This document shows, piece after piece, positions 1 to 13,486 of a DNA stretch of 60,000 bases. A program made the translations under genes and the position numbers. Position 1 is the first letter of the stretch, and each line of letters begins with the position of its first letter. A model generated the notes under the pieces. That model ran no database searches, was not told the DNA's origin, and saw nothing but the letters and a program-made list of their open reading frames with translations. This DNA is from Camelus ferus (taxonomy: Eukaryota): contig NC_045698.1 of NCBI RefSeq assembly GCF_009834535.1, positions 4,404,001 through 4,464,000 on the forward strand, written 5' to 3'.

Positions 1-2023
1 TAAATTCTAGTGTGTAAGGTATCCGAGAGGAAGGCGAGAACTCAGAGACTTACAAAATACCAACTCAGTTTCTTTGCATTTTCCATGCTGACTTCAAGAT
101 CCAAGAGACAGTTGCCTAGGATACACGTAAACAGCTCGAAATGCAAAGTAAGAGCAGGAGAAATGAGCAGTCACCGGTGTTGCAGGATTCTGTGCAGGAA
201 AGGATTCTAACAGTGTTTGGGGGCCCTCAGCATTCTGGTGACTTTCCTGCTCTTATGAATTACCTACTGACAGACAGTTCACTGCATGTACCGTAGTTAC
301 CAAATTATTTCCACAGTTAAAAGCGATAGACTTCAGGAAAGCAATCAAAATACCTGATTAAGTATTTGGAGAGACCCGAGGCTGCTCCCAAACCGATCAT
401 TATTATAAAGGAAAGAACCTTCCCATGCTGGTTACGTTCCCCCATCTGATGGCACTTCTTTTTTAGGATTCATTTTTCTCGAGCCACAGAGTTAGAGAAG
501 CCTTGTTTTCATTTTTCGTAACTGCTCAGCCTAACTTTCTGCACTGAGGCAAGCTGATTTTGTCTCTCTACCTTGAGAGAAACCATAAGATGCTTTTAAA
601 GGCCTCACTGATAATGCTGAGACAAGACACATTTAACAAGTAGATGTTCTGTGTACAGTACGAAAGGTTTGGGTTTTCACGGAGTATGACAAATTCAGTC
701 ATTTCATGAGACCTTTACCTGACTGGCCCACATCATCAGAATCTCTTGTGCACTGCCTTACGCATTGTGGCTGTTTTAGGCTGACTTAGCGTAAATTTCT
801 TGTATAAGACATTGTGTGTAGTGACAGAAACATACATACCTTGCCTATTTGTTTATTACCAAATCCTCTTTTGACTAAAAAGAGACATTTTCGGTAATTT
901 TTGTTTCCTGCAGTTGAGTGAAAAATACCTACCTCAGAGGGTCCTGCCAAGGCGTCTGTACCCAGTTCACGCCTGGGGTCCCTGATGGCTGGATAGGGAC
1001 CCTTTACGGACTGTTGTGTGAGCAGAAGGCTCCCCAAAAGTAGCTTGAGGGTGCACTAACTCAGGGTTCTGTTTTTGCATCAGTTCGCCTCCTGAGTGTC
1101 CCCTTTGTAATTAGTTGGACATGGCCAGGGGCAAGGAACCAGATGTCACTGGAAAGACAGTGCCTCACTCCTCCTCGGTCCCCTCAGTGCCAGCCAGGCG
1201 ACCCAACCTGGCACGAGGACAACGTTGCAGTCATGGCAGCAGCTAACACTTCCTGATTGCTCCGCGCCAGGCTCTGGGCTAAGAGCACTTAGGGCACCTA
1301 ACCCCACCCGGTTCTGTTTGGCAGTCAGTGCACAGGGGAGGAGACTGCAGCCCCGCGCACACAGGTGAGAACGCAACTTCACGTTCTGAGACCAGCGATG
1401 AGCACGAGGCTCTGACGACCAGTCCGCATTAGTGAAAGTCATCAGCGACGCCAAAGTCAAACCCAGGCCATCTGAGCCCCCGGCCGTCACGGTGGTCTAT
1501 TCACTGTGACCTGTGTGCTAGTCGTCTGGGTCCACAGAGAACAGGTACATGGTCAGCAGCCAGCAGAAGAGTGTGAATGATAGAACTAAAACACCTGCTG
1601 TTCTTAGTGTTTGAATTAAAGCCTGGTAAGCCATTTGGGAACAGTTGTGTTTCCTGACAGTGCTGGTTTCTGGAGTTTTTGAATCTAGGAAACTGACAGG
1701 TGTCTGCACTTGTCAGCGTGTGTTGAAAAAGTCAGAGGCTCTATAGATCAGCTTTGTCTGATGAGAATGAGCATCTCTGAGGTTGAGTCCAGGGCTTTTA
1801 AAGGGCTTTGCACCAGGCGTGTCACTGAGAATCTTGCAAACACACACACAGAGCCACTTTCCGAACCTCTACCAAAGTGCTAGACTTGGAAATAGCTTTT
1901 ACTTACAACTACATAACCTCCAGGTCTTCTCAGAAAAAATAATGAAGACAAACAACCCTGAGGGATTCCTCAAGTTTATTGGCGTCTAAACTCTTGTAAT
2001 TCACACAGCGTCTTTGAAAGCCC

Positions 2024-2411
2024 TGTGTGTTTGCTCAGACTGCTGTTACAAAGTGCCCCCGACTGGTACTTTTACTTCTCACAGTTCTGGAGGCCAGAAG
2101 TCTGACATCAGGGTGCCAGCGGGGTTGTGTCCTGAGGGTGGGAGGGAGGATGTGCTCCAGGCCTCCCTCCTTGGCGTGCAGATGGCTGCCTGCTCCCTGT
2201 GTCCTCACATGGTCGTCCCTCAGTGCCTGTCTGCATCCTGATCTCCCCTTCTTGTGAGAACACCAGGCGTGGGGGTCAGGGCCACCCTAATGGCCTCAGT
2301 TTAACGTGGTTCCCTTTGTAAAGACCCTGTCTCTAGATAGTCACCTTCTGAGGTGCTGGCAGTAGGACTCCAGTATAGGAATTTTGTGGGATCACAGTGC
2401 AGCCCATAACA
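2024..2411 (-). mobile_element. MaLR solo LTR, MLT1B-like
   Basis: TG...CA termini with a perfect 5-bp TSD AGCCC (2019-2023 and 2412-2416); contains the MLT motif TTCTCACAGTTCTGGAGGC; the minus strand starts TGTTATGGGCTG. Confidence 0.85.
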
Positions 2412-3407
2412 AGCCCAAACAGGAATTTCTGACCCAAACATGTCAGTTCAACCTCTCATTTCTCTAGAGGCTGTTGCTGGTCTGCTGAGTAACGTAAGTG
2501 ATGCCGGTCTGGGTGAACACAGCACCATGCTAAGGGGGACACGAAAGGAGACGGTGGCCCGTTTAGAGGGCGGCTGGGAGATCCTAGCGGGGAAACTGAC
2601 AGCAGGGGGCGGGAGCGCCATGTGACTCACCAAGTAGAGTGGATTTCGGGGGGGTTGTCGTGAGTCACCGTGTTGTTTTGTCCTGTGCCCGTGTGTAGGT
2701 GACGGAGGTGATTGCCCACCCACGATGACGCTGCAGCTTGAGGTCTCATTGTTCGGAAAAAAAAAGATAGCTCGCTCAGATATCAAGTAGGATGGGCAGA
2801 AGGACGCAGACAGGACTCTGCAGCCTAAAAATAGCCCCACGCCAACTTGGCGCGCGCCCTCGCTCTCGCTCCCTGGGAGCAGGCTCGTCCTGCGGCTGAT
2901 GGTACAGTTAATAATAGGAGTGACTGACTTTACCCTGAGCTGTTGACTTCCGAGAATCTAAGCTGCTGCGAAGAGGATGTAAATGCGCTTGTTTACTTTG
3001 CCGATTTGTACTAAGGGATGTGAGAGGCTTGTTTTCCTTGGTAAGGGTCCGCGCGGTTTCAGGGTGTTGGTTTGTTTGTCAGCGGGATGGGCCGACGTGG
3101 ACAAAAAGCTGAAGTTTGTTTCAAAGCCTGACACCTACAACCCAGAGGTGCGCCTGCCTCCTCCCCAGGAGCAGGCACGTGTGAGTCCAGGTTTAGAAGG
3201 CACCCTCGGTGGCACCTCTTTGCGGACAGCTAAGGGACCAGCCAAAATGGCTTTCATGTTTGTTTGTTTTTTTTAAAGGAGCCACTAATAGTGGGTTCTT
3301 TGAGCCATGTTTCAAATCTCCTGAATCCTAGATTTTTTGTTGTGTTGATTACGTAGTGGGGAGATGGGAAGGAGGAAGGGGAAGGGGTACCTCCTTTCCA
3401 TCCAGGC

Positions 3408-3580
3408 CTGTGGTTCTCAGCCTCCAGTTCATGAGATGCTCTAGGGACCCTTTAAACTACTCCAGTGCTGTGCCCTACCCTTGGAGATTCAGACGTCTCG
3501 AGGCCAAGATCAGGCCCTGGTAGGGGATTGTTGGAAAATCTCCTGTGTGATTCTAACTGACAACCAGGTTGAAAGGGCTG
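3408..3580. mobile_element. hAT-Charlie MITE, MER5A-like
   Basis: Termini resemble CAGTGGTTCTC...GTTGAGAACCACTG; internal GGAGATTCAGA and GTGATTCTAA motifs. Confidence 0.6.
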
Positions 3581-4467
3581 CCTTGGACCAGACTTGCTCA
3601 TCCGTTCCATGTCAGCCATCCATGGTGCAGCCTCCCACCAGCAACCACAGCGGGGGGTTTCCGGTGGTGGTGGGTGTAATGAACCCCTTACCCTCCTCCT
3701 TCCCACCTTGATGGGACTCACTGTCCTGTGTCAAGCCCTGACTGGCCCCCCGAAAGCCCTACTTTTGTAAAGGAGGCCATCATACAAGCACGTTCTTCCT
3801 CCCTGGACCGAGAGGGAGCTTAAACCCTGAAAATGGAGGTGTGTTCATGAGGGTTCACCCCAACCCCAACTCCAGATTAGACACACCTATGAGGGCTCAG
3901 GGCGACCCGGCATGGTGGATAATTAGCTAGTTCCCACGGCACAGGTGCCGGGTGTCTGCTCAGTACCAGGCCCTCACGGGGTGCGCAGTGGGGAGTGAGA
4001 TTCACGGAAGTGCTTGCCACGGAGAACTGGCTCTCTAGGGGGGAAGTTCGAAACCCACTCATGTTTATCTTTGATGTGCCAGGCAGCTTTGCAGTGATCA
4101 CTTGCTGAACATTTGGGTAAATGCCCAGTCACTGGTATATGAGGACCAGACTCGTGGCAGCGGCCTGCGGGTGTTCTGGGGACCTGGGAGAGGTGGGATC
4201 CTGGGGTCAGCAGGGTCTTCAGAACTTCTGTGTGCCATTCCCAGAGGGAGCAATCATCGCAGGTACATGGCTGTAACGTTGAGGGTCCACCTGGTTTTCT
4301 GGACCTTGTTTCAGTGCTAATAGATGGCGAAATCAGGCGTTTCCCCAAATAGATAAAGAAGTCGTAGTCAGGCAGACATATTTCCAGTAATGTCTACTCT
4401 TTCCTACCCAAGGAGTCAGCAAACTAAGACAAGGTTTCGTTGTTTGTTAATTCCTCAGTGTCACCCA

Positions 4468-4505
4468 CTTCCTTCCTTCCTTCCTTCCTTCCTTCCTTCC
4501 TTCCT
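4468..4505. repeat. (CCTT)n microsatellite
   Basis: Seen directly. Confidence 0.95.
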
Positions 4506-5539
4506 CACCTGTTGGCTGAGGGTCTACCATGATGTGGGCGCTGAAGACAGGCAGCCTTTGGCATTCCTGTGGCGACCCTTCCCTATCTGTGTGCCACCCC
4601 TGGTCCTCCTGGTCCTCTCTGGTGAGAGCAGGAGGAAGCCTGCCGAGCAGGAGGACCAAGGACTTCCTCAGGGGAGAAAGCAAAATTGGAACCATCCAGG
4701 AAGCAAAAGATGGGCAAAGAGGGTGGGGCAGGATTGGGGAGACAGGAGCCAGGGACCTGAACTGCCTCTTACCCACCCAGCAGGTCTAGGCGTGGTCAGG
4801 GAGCAGGACCAACAACCGTTACTCCTCCCTCGTGTCTCCAAGCCTGGTTTTTTCTCCCCACCCAGAGCTCTGCCTCCTTAGATGCTTGTCACACTGTGCT
4901 TGGACTCCTGCAGTGCCCCATCCTGCCTCTCTGTCCCTTCCATCCTCCCTGCTGCCACCTTCCTGGTTCCTCTAAAATGCACACTCGGCTTTCTCACACC
5001 CTTGGTTATGACCGTTACAGAATACAGCCAAGCCCCCAAGTGCTGCCCACCCACAGTGTCACTCTTCCACCCCCCAGGGCCCCCGGGGAGGTCCCTCTCC
5101 CACCAGCCCCTCCCGCCCATGGCACACCAGCTCATGTACTTAGCTCACAGGTCCGCCCCCATCTGGAAAGCTCCCCCCACGATTTATCATTTGAGCCCTC
5201 GCCATCCTCCAAAACCCTGCCAAGATGTCCTAACTCCTGCAGAAGCTCTCTCAGTCACTCCTCCAGTAACATCAGTGGCTTCCTCCTCTAAACGCCTCGG
5301 GGTTTTCTGGAAGATGTTCATTTCTAGGCTAATCCTGCTAGACTGCATTGACATATTTACAGCCCTATTTCCCCTTCCCCTTGCCCAATACCCAACACAT
5401 CGTATGTGCCAAGTAAATGTGTCCGTTCCATAATTTGCTCAACTGAATGAATACCCTCCTCCCCTTCTCTTGCCCCCATTCAAAGTATGATAAGATTGTA
5501 AAAATGTATCAGATGCTTACAGAGGGCCCGCTGCTGTGC

Positions 5540-5665
5540 AGACTGCTTTAGTGGGTCATTTGATTGAATCCTTGCAATAGCTGATGAAGTGGGTGCTGTT
5601 ATATCCCCATTTTACAGAGGAGGAAACTGAGGCTCACTGAGGTTAAATCTGTGCCTGTGGCGGAT
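5540..5665 (-). mobile_element. MIR SINE core
   Basis: CCCCATTTTACAGAGGAGGAAACTGAGGCTC is the reverse complement of the MIR core. Confidence 0.85.
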
Positions 5666-7384
5666 GGCTCTTAAAGAGTAGCACTGAGCTGTCACCAGGC
5701 AGTCTGTGTCAAGGGTTGTCATGTTGGCAGGTGGCAGCCACCCCAAACAAGTAGCATGTGCAGCTTGGTTGTCCCCCATGGGTCCCTGTGCTCCTTAGGG
5801 ATACCTTTGCAAAGATATTGTGCTTGGTTTTGCTACAACACTCAGAATCAATTCACAAGGGGAGGGATAATGTATCCATCAAATCTAATGCGTGGCACTG
5901 AATTAGCCATAAAGTTGAACAGCTGTATTGGTCCAAATTCACCACAAGCTGGTTGTGTCTATTATGTGAAATGGAAGAATGTTTTACTTCTTTCAAACTG
6001 TAGGAGAAAGATAATTATTGCTGCTTCATTTCTTCTGTACACAAAAGGGAAAGGCATTTTAAAGATACTGAAAATAACTCAAGAAAGATGCTTTTTGAAT
6101 GTAATTGTTACATTGGTGAAGCCACTCAGATTGAAGAAATTACCACTTTAAAAATAATTTCTGTAAAATCAATAATAATTCTCCATCACAATATTTGGCA
6201 AGCGCTCCCAAGATTTTTTTTGAATTAAGAATTCTTTGATGAGAGAGATAAGAAAATCTTGTCTTATAATGGATCAGATTACATTTAAAGTTACAATGTA
6301 TGTAGCTCACTTGGGAAGAGAAGGAAAAAGCTCCCCAAAAATATTGTTAAGGGAGTACTTTCCACCTTTTGATCTGGAAAATCAGATGTTTCCAAAACTT
6401 AGAACATGGAATTGCAGAACTATTATGTAGTGGTTACAATAAGAAGCAGCTACTCCTGTTTTATAAAGCCGGACGCTTTGTCCACATAGTTACTAAAACA
6501 ATTACTTTTGCCTTACCAACACATGTGAATTAGGGCGATTTTGAGTGTCAGGCTGGATGTCCGTTCGGCTCCCCAGGAGACACCAGTCAGGAATTAGATG
6601 TAATTGTACAAAATAAGTGTTAATGGCTGGGAGAATTAACCTGTGTTGAAGGCTTCCACGATAAAAGGCATGTGCTGGCTACGCCACTCTGCTTCCCAGC
6701 CAGTAGAAATATTATAACTTGGAACTGAATTTGTTACAAGTGTAGGTTAATTGTAACAAGTTGACATAGGCCTTTAAAATGTCACTTTGAAAAAGTTATC
6801 AGAATACCAAAACAATCGTGATTTCTTGACTCTCACTTTGAGGACTATTTCTTAGGGGAGCTTCCTCCCCAGCTCATGTGTGTGGGAAAACATTCACCTG
6901 AGGTCGGAACCCCTCCTGCTTGGCCTGGGGGAAGGCAGAGCCCCACAAATCTGTGGGTTAAGGTCCTTCATCCAGTGAAAAATACCTGAAACTAACACGG
7001 GTGACGTCCCAGAGTGGCCACTGTGATTCCGCCCCCCCCCCATTGTACATGTGCGTGTCTGTCCTTTGATCACTTTTATAATGTATATTATGAAATATCA
7101 TCTTAGCTCATAAAAGACAGTTTCTCTAACTGTAGGGTCAACCAGGAAAATAACATAAAGCTTAAAGGAAATTATTTTAATTCATAAATAAAACTAATAA
7201 AGTGATTTTGAATTCTGTTGGATTGAATTATGGTGATTTTTTTTAGTAATTTTATTTAAAAGGGGATCCTGGCATCTGTCTTTTCATAGACAAGAGAGAT
7301 GGATGCTTCGTAGTTATTCTTGCAGATAGAGAGGAAACAGAGACCCCAGGAGCCCTTTCCTGCCACCTCTGACCCTACAAGTCC

Positions 7385-7790
7385 ACCTGGAGGACCACAT
7401 GTCCCCTCAGCATGTGGGGATATCTATAGATCCCTCCTGAGAATAATGTTTTTAAATGCACAAAACAAAATTCACCAGCTTTCAAAGGAAAACAATCATA
7501 CTTAAAAATAGTTACCACATTTTTTAAAAAGTCATGAACAACAATATGAAATTAAGCAGTACATCTTTATTAACACATTTAGTATCAAGATCCAGAGGCA
7601 AGTCCACCTACCGTCCTAGCTGGACACAGCAAGGAGCACTGATGACATTTCAAGTATCTACAACATCTGTAATATGACTTTTAACTAGATGGGATTTCTG
7701 TTGGTGACAAAATCAAGGCAATGCTAAATCTGCTCTGGTTTGTTACTTCTAATCATTATTAAATGAAGTGCAGAACTACAATTAGGACTA
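7385..7790. mobile_element. Old hAT-Charlie DNA transposon relic, MER119-like
   Basis: AGAATAATGTTTTTAAATGCACAAAACAAAA...CAAAGGAAAACAAT resembles the recalled MER119 consensus; boundaries are approximate. Confidence 0.5.
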
Positions 7791-8049
7791 CAAGCTGATG
7801 TTCCTTTGAGGATGCATGGCCCAAAGAACTCCAAGGTAGTGAGTGCATGGCTCTAAGTGTTGACAGCTATCTTGGGAAAGAACTTAAAGCTTATCATGCA
7901 GTTCATGGCAAGAACCTCTGAGAATGAGTTTCAGGATCCCAACGTATATCTCAGTCTTACCATGGTCTTGTCGGGGAGGTGGGGGTGGGGTTGGGATAAA
8001 GCCATGGGCCTCGAGCAGGGTCAGGGCTCCAGGATCACCCCTCCTCCCA

Positions 8050-8200
8050 AGCCTGCTTCCCTGCTGGGCAGGTAGCCACCTCCCTGAGCCACAGGTGCCT
8101 CACCTGAAGAAAAGGAGCATAATTCCACTTCAGAGGTGAATCGTGATGCTCAAAGGAAGTGATGCAGGCAGGTGCCTTGCATAGAGGAGGTGATCAAGAG
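8050..8200 (+). mobile_element. Degraded MIR fragment
   Basis: ACCTCCCTGAGCC...CCTCACCTGAAGAAAAGGAGCATAAT resembles the MIR core. Confidence 0.5.
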
Positions 8201-8973
8201 ATGTTCCTTCTTTTAAAAAAGGTAAAACTTTATTGAAACAAATACAGAAGAAAAAAGCATGACAAAAGTCCCAGAATTGGGTTTACATTTGACATTCATT
8301 ATTACATGAAGGGATCTATTTTCATAACTATCAGTATTTGAGAACAATCTTGACGTCCAGTTGGCTCAAATTTTTTTGTACTTGACTGTAATCTTACAAA
8401 TATTCACAAAAGCTACAGGATAGCCTCCTCTTCGCCTTCTCAAAACCGCCACCCCTCTTGGTGGACTCATCTCATCATCAAGTCATTCTGCATCATTGGG
8501 TGTTGATATCTGATAATAACCATGATTATGTCATCATCCAAACAGATTCAAGAGCTGTGTTTTCACCTTTCCAGCTTTGCTCTCTAAGAATCCTATTTGT
8601 TAGTGGTATCTTTAAATTAGCTTAATTTTTTTGCTGCTGCTAAGTTCGAAAATTACATAGAAGAATACTATTACTTAAAACACTTACCGGTATCATCTCT
8701 CAATGCACTTTGGTACCTTTACGTATTGTTCAGACCATTTCTTTATTACAGAGTCCTATGTCCACTTGAAAACTTTTTGGCTACCATTTTGTTCCAAGAT
8801 GAGAAACTGTTTCAAAATTAAACTTAAAATTTGTTCAATGCTGTGGATTCCAGCAGTTATCACAGGCCACACAAAATGAACACGAATGTTCTCACTCTGA
8901 CTGAAAGAGAATTTCCCTGTAGGCAGCTATCCTTCGCCTTACTGATTCATACCTTCAGGAAGGGTCTTTTCTT

Positions 8974-10035
8974 TTTTCACCCCTCTTTTCTCTTTCTTTT
9001 TTTAATTGAAGTATAGTCAGTTTACAATGTTGTGTCAATTTCTGGTATCATGTTTTAGTCATACATGTACATACATATATTCCTTTTCATGTTCTTTTTC
9101 ATTAAGCGTTACTATAAGATACTGAATATAGTTCCCTGTGCTCTACAGCTGGACATGGTCATCTATTTTATATATAGTAGTCAGTATCTGCAAATCTCAA
9201 ACTCCCAATTTATCCCTTCCCACCCCTCTCTCCCTACATAACCATAAGTTATCTACTATGTCTGTGAATCTGTTTCTGTTTTGTAAATAAGTTCATTTGT
9301 GTCTTTTTAGATTCCACACGAGTGATATCATATGGTATTTGTCTTTCTCTTTCTGGCTTACTTCGCTTAGACTGATGATCTACAGGTCTATCCATGTTTC
9401 TACAAATGGCATTATTTTATTCTTTTTTTATGGCTGAGTAGTATATTCTGTTATATAAATTTACCACAACTTCTTTATCCAGTCATCTGTCGATGGACGT
9501 TTAGGTGGGCTTCCATGTCTTGGCTGTTGTAAATAGTGCTGCTGTGAACACTGGGGTGCATTATCTTTTTGAATTAGAATTTCCCCTGAGTGTATGCCCA
9601 GGAGTGGGTTTGCTGGATCATACGGTAAGTCTATTTTTAGTTTTTTGAGGAATCTCCATCCTGTTTTCCACAGTGGCTGCACCAAACTACATTCCCACCA
9701 ACAGTGTAGGAGGATTCCCTTTTCTCCACAGCCTCTCCAGCATTTATCATTTGTACACTTTTCCATTGTAGCTTTGATTTGCATTTCTCTGATAATTAGC
9801 AATATTGAGCATGTTTTCATGTGCCTGTTGGCCATTTGTATGTCTTCAATGGACAACTGCTTGTTTAGGTCTTCTGTTTAGGTCTTTTTTGGATTGGGTT
9901 GTTTGTTTGTTGTTGCTGTTGTTGTTGTTAAGTTGTATGAGCTGTTTATATATTCTGGAAATTAAGCCCTTGTCAGTCGCGTCATTTGCAAATATTTTCT
10001 CCCTTTCAGTAGTTTGCTTTTTTTTTTTCTCATGG
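8974..10035 (-). mobile_element. 5'-truncated L1 (ORF2 C-terminal end plus 3' UTR)
   Basis: ORF 9461-9856(-) encodes L1 ORF2 motifs ([22 protein letters not shown]); poly(T) at the left; 17-bp TSD AGGA(A)G/AGGTCTTTTCTT at 8957-8973 and 10036-10052 with one mismatch. Confidence 0.95.
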
Positions 10036-12539
10036 AGGAAAGGTCTTTTCTTGAGTGAAATTCAGGAGACATCTAGTTGACACGTTCGACCTACATACAT
10101 ATACATGACATTGTGACAGTTGGAGGCTGATCAACAACAGAACACCAGTGCCTGCCCCCACCTTCTCTATTGCTCAGTCAGTTAAGGCTCTGAGCATTGG
10201 CCTGGAACCTAGGGTACAGCTTCCTGCATTTGGTAGGACAGTGACTAGATGTCTCCAGGGTTCTTTCCAACTCTCAAGTCTCAGATGAGTGGAACCAGCA
10301 TTCTCACAAGGAGAGAGAATGGGACACAGTTTATCGATCCTCCAAGATTTTTTATGCTGTTTTGTTGTATACGCAATGATTTTCCAATAGTTTAGCCATA
10401 TATGAATCTGAAATTCAAGCTCTGAGATCATTAGAGGCATGAGAGCATCCTCCTGCCCCTAGTGCTTCTGGCCTGCAGGGCCAAGCCTGTTGTCTCCTTG
10501 GTGGAAGTGGAGTCTGTAACAGTATCTGAGTCTCGGTGTGTGGGCCTGGGTGGTGTTACCATAACCACCACTTTAGGTTAGTAATGTTTTCAGCATCATA
10601 GTCAGCAAATAGAAACGGCTCCACCCAGCACGGCTCAGACTGGTATGTTTTGTTTTGTTTTTTCACATATATTTATGTCTCTTTTTCTCTCCTGTAAACT
10701 AATTATTTGTCTGTCATTGAATCTTTTGGCCACGATCATTCCAGTCACCCTATCCTAAGAAAAATATCAAAGGCCTTCAATCTGCAGCTTGGCCTCAACC
10801 ACGTACCACTCAGAGTCTGATTCCCCATTCGGGTAAGGATGTGCCCAGCTGCTGTTGGTGGACACCTGACTTGATTGCTTTTGGGGCCAGGATGCTGCCC
10901 AAGAGCAGGTGACCGACGCTTAACCCCTTCCAGCCTGTTGAAGAAGGGATAAATGGTCTCACATCCTCTCTGTGGCCAGAAGACCCCCAGGGAACTCAGA
11001 ACTGGGTCTTGGCCAGCACCCCCGCAGGAAAGATACCTGCAGCCCAGAACTCCAACCCAGATGTGGGAGGAGGTGTATGACTGATGCAGCCAACGGGCAG
11101 ATGTACGAGGCACAGGTCTGCATGGAGAAAGGAGTGAGGGTTCTGCCAGCAGGCGCGGCCGGGGGCCTGTGACTGCCGCGGGCGAGACAGACCCCCATCC
11201 CAGAGCACTGCTTGCGTTCAGCGTTACTGCTTACAAAGCACGGCTACGTGCGTGGTTTCCTGGAGGTCCGAGAAAGGGAGGGAGTCCTGTGTGAGGAGCA
11301 GGACAGGCTGGCAGACCGGAGGGTGCCGCAGGTGACTGTTGGCTTCAGTTGCCAAGGGTAACGTGATTGAACCAGACCATTACTTTCAAGTAGCAGCTGG
11401 TGGCTTAGGGAGACTTTCCAAGGGGCATCCTCTCTATATTGTCTCATTTTGTTGCATCATTAAGTAGTTGTCAGATGTCAAGTGTGAGGGACCATGCATT
11501 GGAGGGAAGACAGTCCAGCATGAAGGGCCGGACAGAATGAACTTATTACAGGACTCGGGGAAATGAAAGACTGCCCTCACTCACGTGCACTCAGGGCAGA
11601 ACGAGCGTCGTCCAAAATTCCTGCGGGACGGTCCCCATGGAGTCAGTGGAAACGTCCGTACGGGGCCATGACAGTGAGTTGCCCACAGAGACTGAGGGAA
11701 ATGTTAAGATTTCTGCCACAAGGAAGTGCTCTGACATGCCTGCCTTCTAAACCTACAGTGACTTGTCATTTGTTTGGTCTTTAGAAGAACAATGCGGTGA
11801 TATAACTCGTCTTAGGAGCCAAGCATAGTTTGAGTGAAAAAAGGAAGGGAGAATTTTTCATAAGCAGTCTTACTTTTCAGAAGCATGAATGTCTAAGTCC
11901 CCCATTCATTTGCTGCTTGGTATTCTCCTTTCCTTTTCATGTTATTCTCTCCGCATAAGAACAGTGAATGTTGATGCACTGCACCCAATCTTCATTTTCT
12001 TCATTTCCCGCCAGTCTCATTTCCCCACTAACTTTCTGCTACTCGTCCAAGTCAGTAAGTCACAATATTTACAGATCAGTAGCATTTGAGAAAATATTTC
12101 AGAATATTCTAGAAGGTTTCACTCTGCGGTTGGGTGAGTAATCCTTTAGAATGTTACTTCTTGCAAACTTTGAACAGGCACACTGTGCTAAATTTATAAT
12201 GCAGTGCTTCCAGTGTATTTTTAAACTTAAACAGTAAGACTTTAATTATTGCACAAACCAAAGCAATGTGCAGCAGACAGCCTCACAAAAGAACACGGGT
12301 TTGGTAGTGACTTGAAGGGAAAAGAAAGAGTCATCAATGAAGAGAAAGGTAGTGTTTCCAATCTGCAGGGCTCGGAGTGGGGCACCCCTCCATGTCTGCA
12401 CAAGGTTGCCCTGCGGTGCGGCCATTACCCACTTCCTCACTCCCTGGGCCTCAGGCTGTGGTCATGCCACAGGGACCAGGAGCCAGGCCTTGATCCAAAG
12501 ATCTCCCAAAACCCAGTAGGCTTAGCATTTGTGCTATGA

Positions 12540-13486
12540 TTTTTTTTTAATTGAAGTATAGTCCGTTTACAGTGTTGTGTCAATTGCTGGTGTACAGCAT
12601 AGTGTTTCAGTCATACGTGAACATACATATATTCCTTTTCAGATTCTTTTTCACTACAGGTTACTACAAGATATTGAATATAGTTCCCTGTGCTCTACAG
12701 CAGGACCTTGTTGTTTATTTTATATAAAGTAATTAGTATCTGCAAATCTCAAACTCCCAATTTATCCCTTCCCAGCACCTTTCCCCCTGGCAACCATGAG
12801 TTTGTTTTCTATGTCTGTGTCTGTTTCTGTTTTGTAAATAAGTTCATTTGTGTCTTTTTTCTTTTTTTAGATTCCACATATCAGTGATATCATATGGTAT
12901 TTTTCTTTTTCTTTCTGTCTTACTTCACTTAGAATGACGATCTCCAGGTCCATCCATGTTGCAGCAAATGGCATTATTTTATTCTTTTTTATGGCTGAGT
13001 AGTATTCCATTGTATAAATATACCATAGCTTCTTTACCCTGTCAGCTGTCAAAAAACAAACAACCCAATCCAAAAATGAGCAGGAGGCCTAAATAAGCAG
13101 TTCTCCAATGAAGACACACAGATGGCCAATAGGCACATGAAAAAATGCTCAATATTGCTAATGATCAGAGAAACGCAAATCAAAACTATCACCTCACACC
13201 AGTCCAAATGGCCATCATTCAAAAGTCCACAAATGATAAATGCTGGAGAGGCTGTGGAGAAAAGGGAGCCCTCCTGCACTGCTGGTGGGAATGCAGTTTG
13301 GTGCAGCTGTTGTGGAAAAGAGTATGGAAGTTCCTCAAAAAACTAAAAATAGACTTACCATATGATCCAGCAATCCCACTCCCGGGTGTATATCTGGAGG
13401 GCACTCTAATTCGAAAAAATACATGTGCCCCCGTGTTCGTAGCAGCACTAATTACAATAACCAGGACATGGAAACCACCTAAATGT
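12540..13486 (-). mobile_element. L1 with 5' inversion (twin priming): minus-strand 3' part 12540-13050, inverted plus-strand part 13051-13486
   Basis: ORF 12867-13073(-) gives the ORF2 end (YTMEYYSAIKKN...SLICGI); ORF 13145-13525(+) gives the adjoining upstream ORF2 sequence. TSD TGTGCT(AT)GATTTT at 12530 and 13484. Confidence 0.92.

Noticed and set aside
3083..3147. Possible cassette/poison exon (TTTGTCAG...CCCAGAG/GTGCGC)
   Set aside because: Weak donor, in-frame stop in phase 0 and no homology. Such AG..GT pairs are common by chance; it needs RNA evidence.
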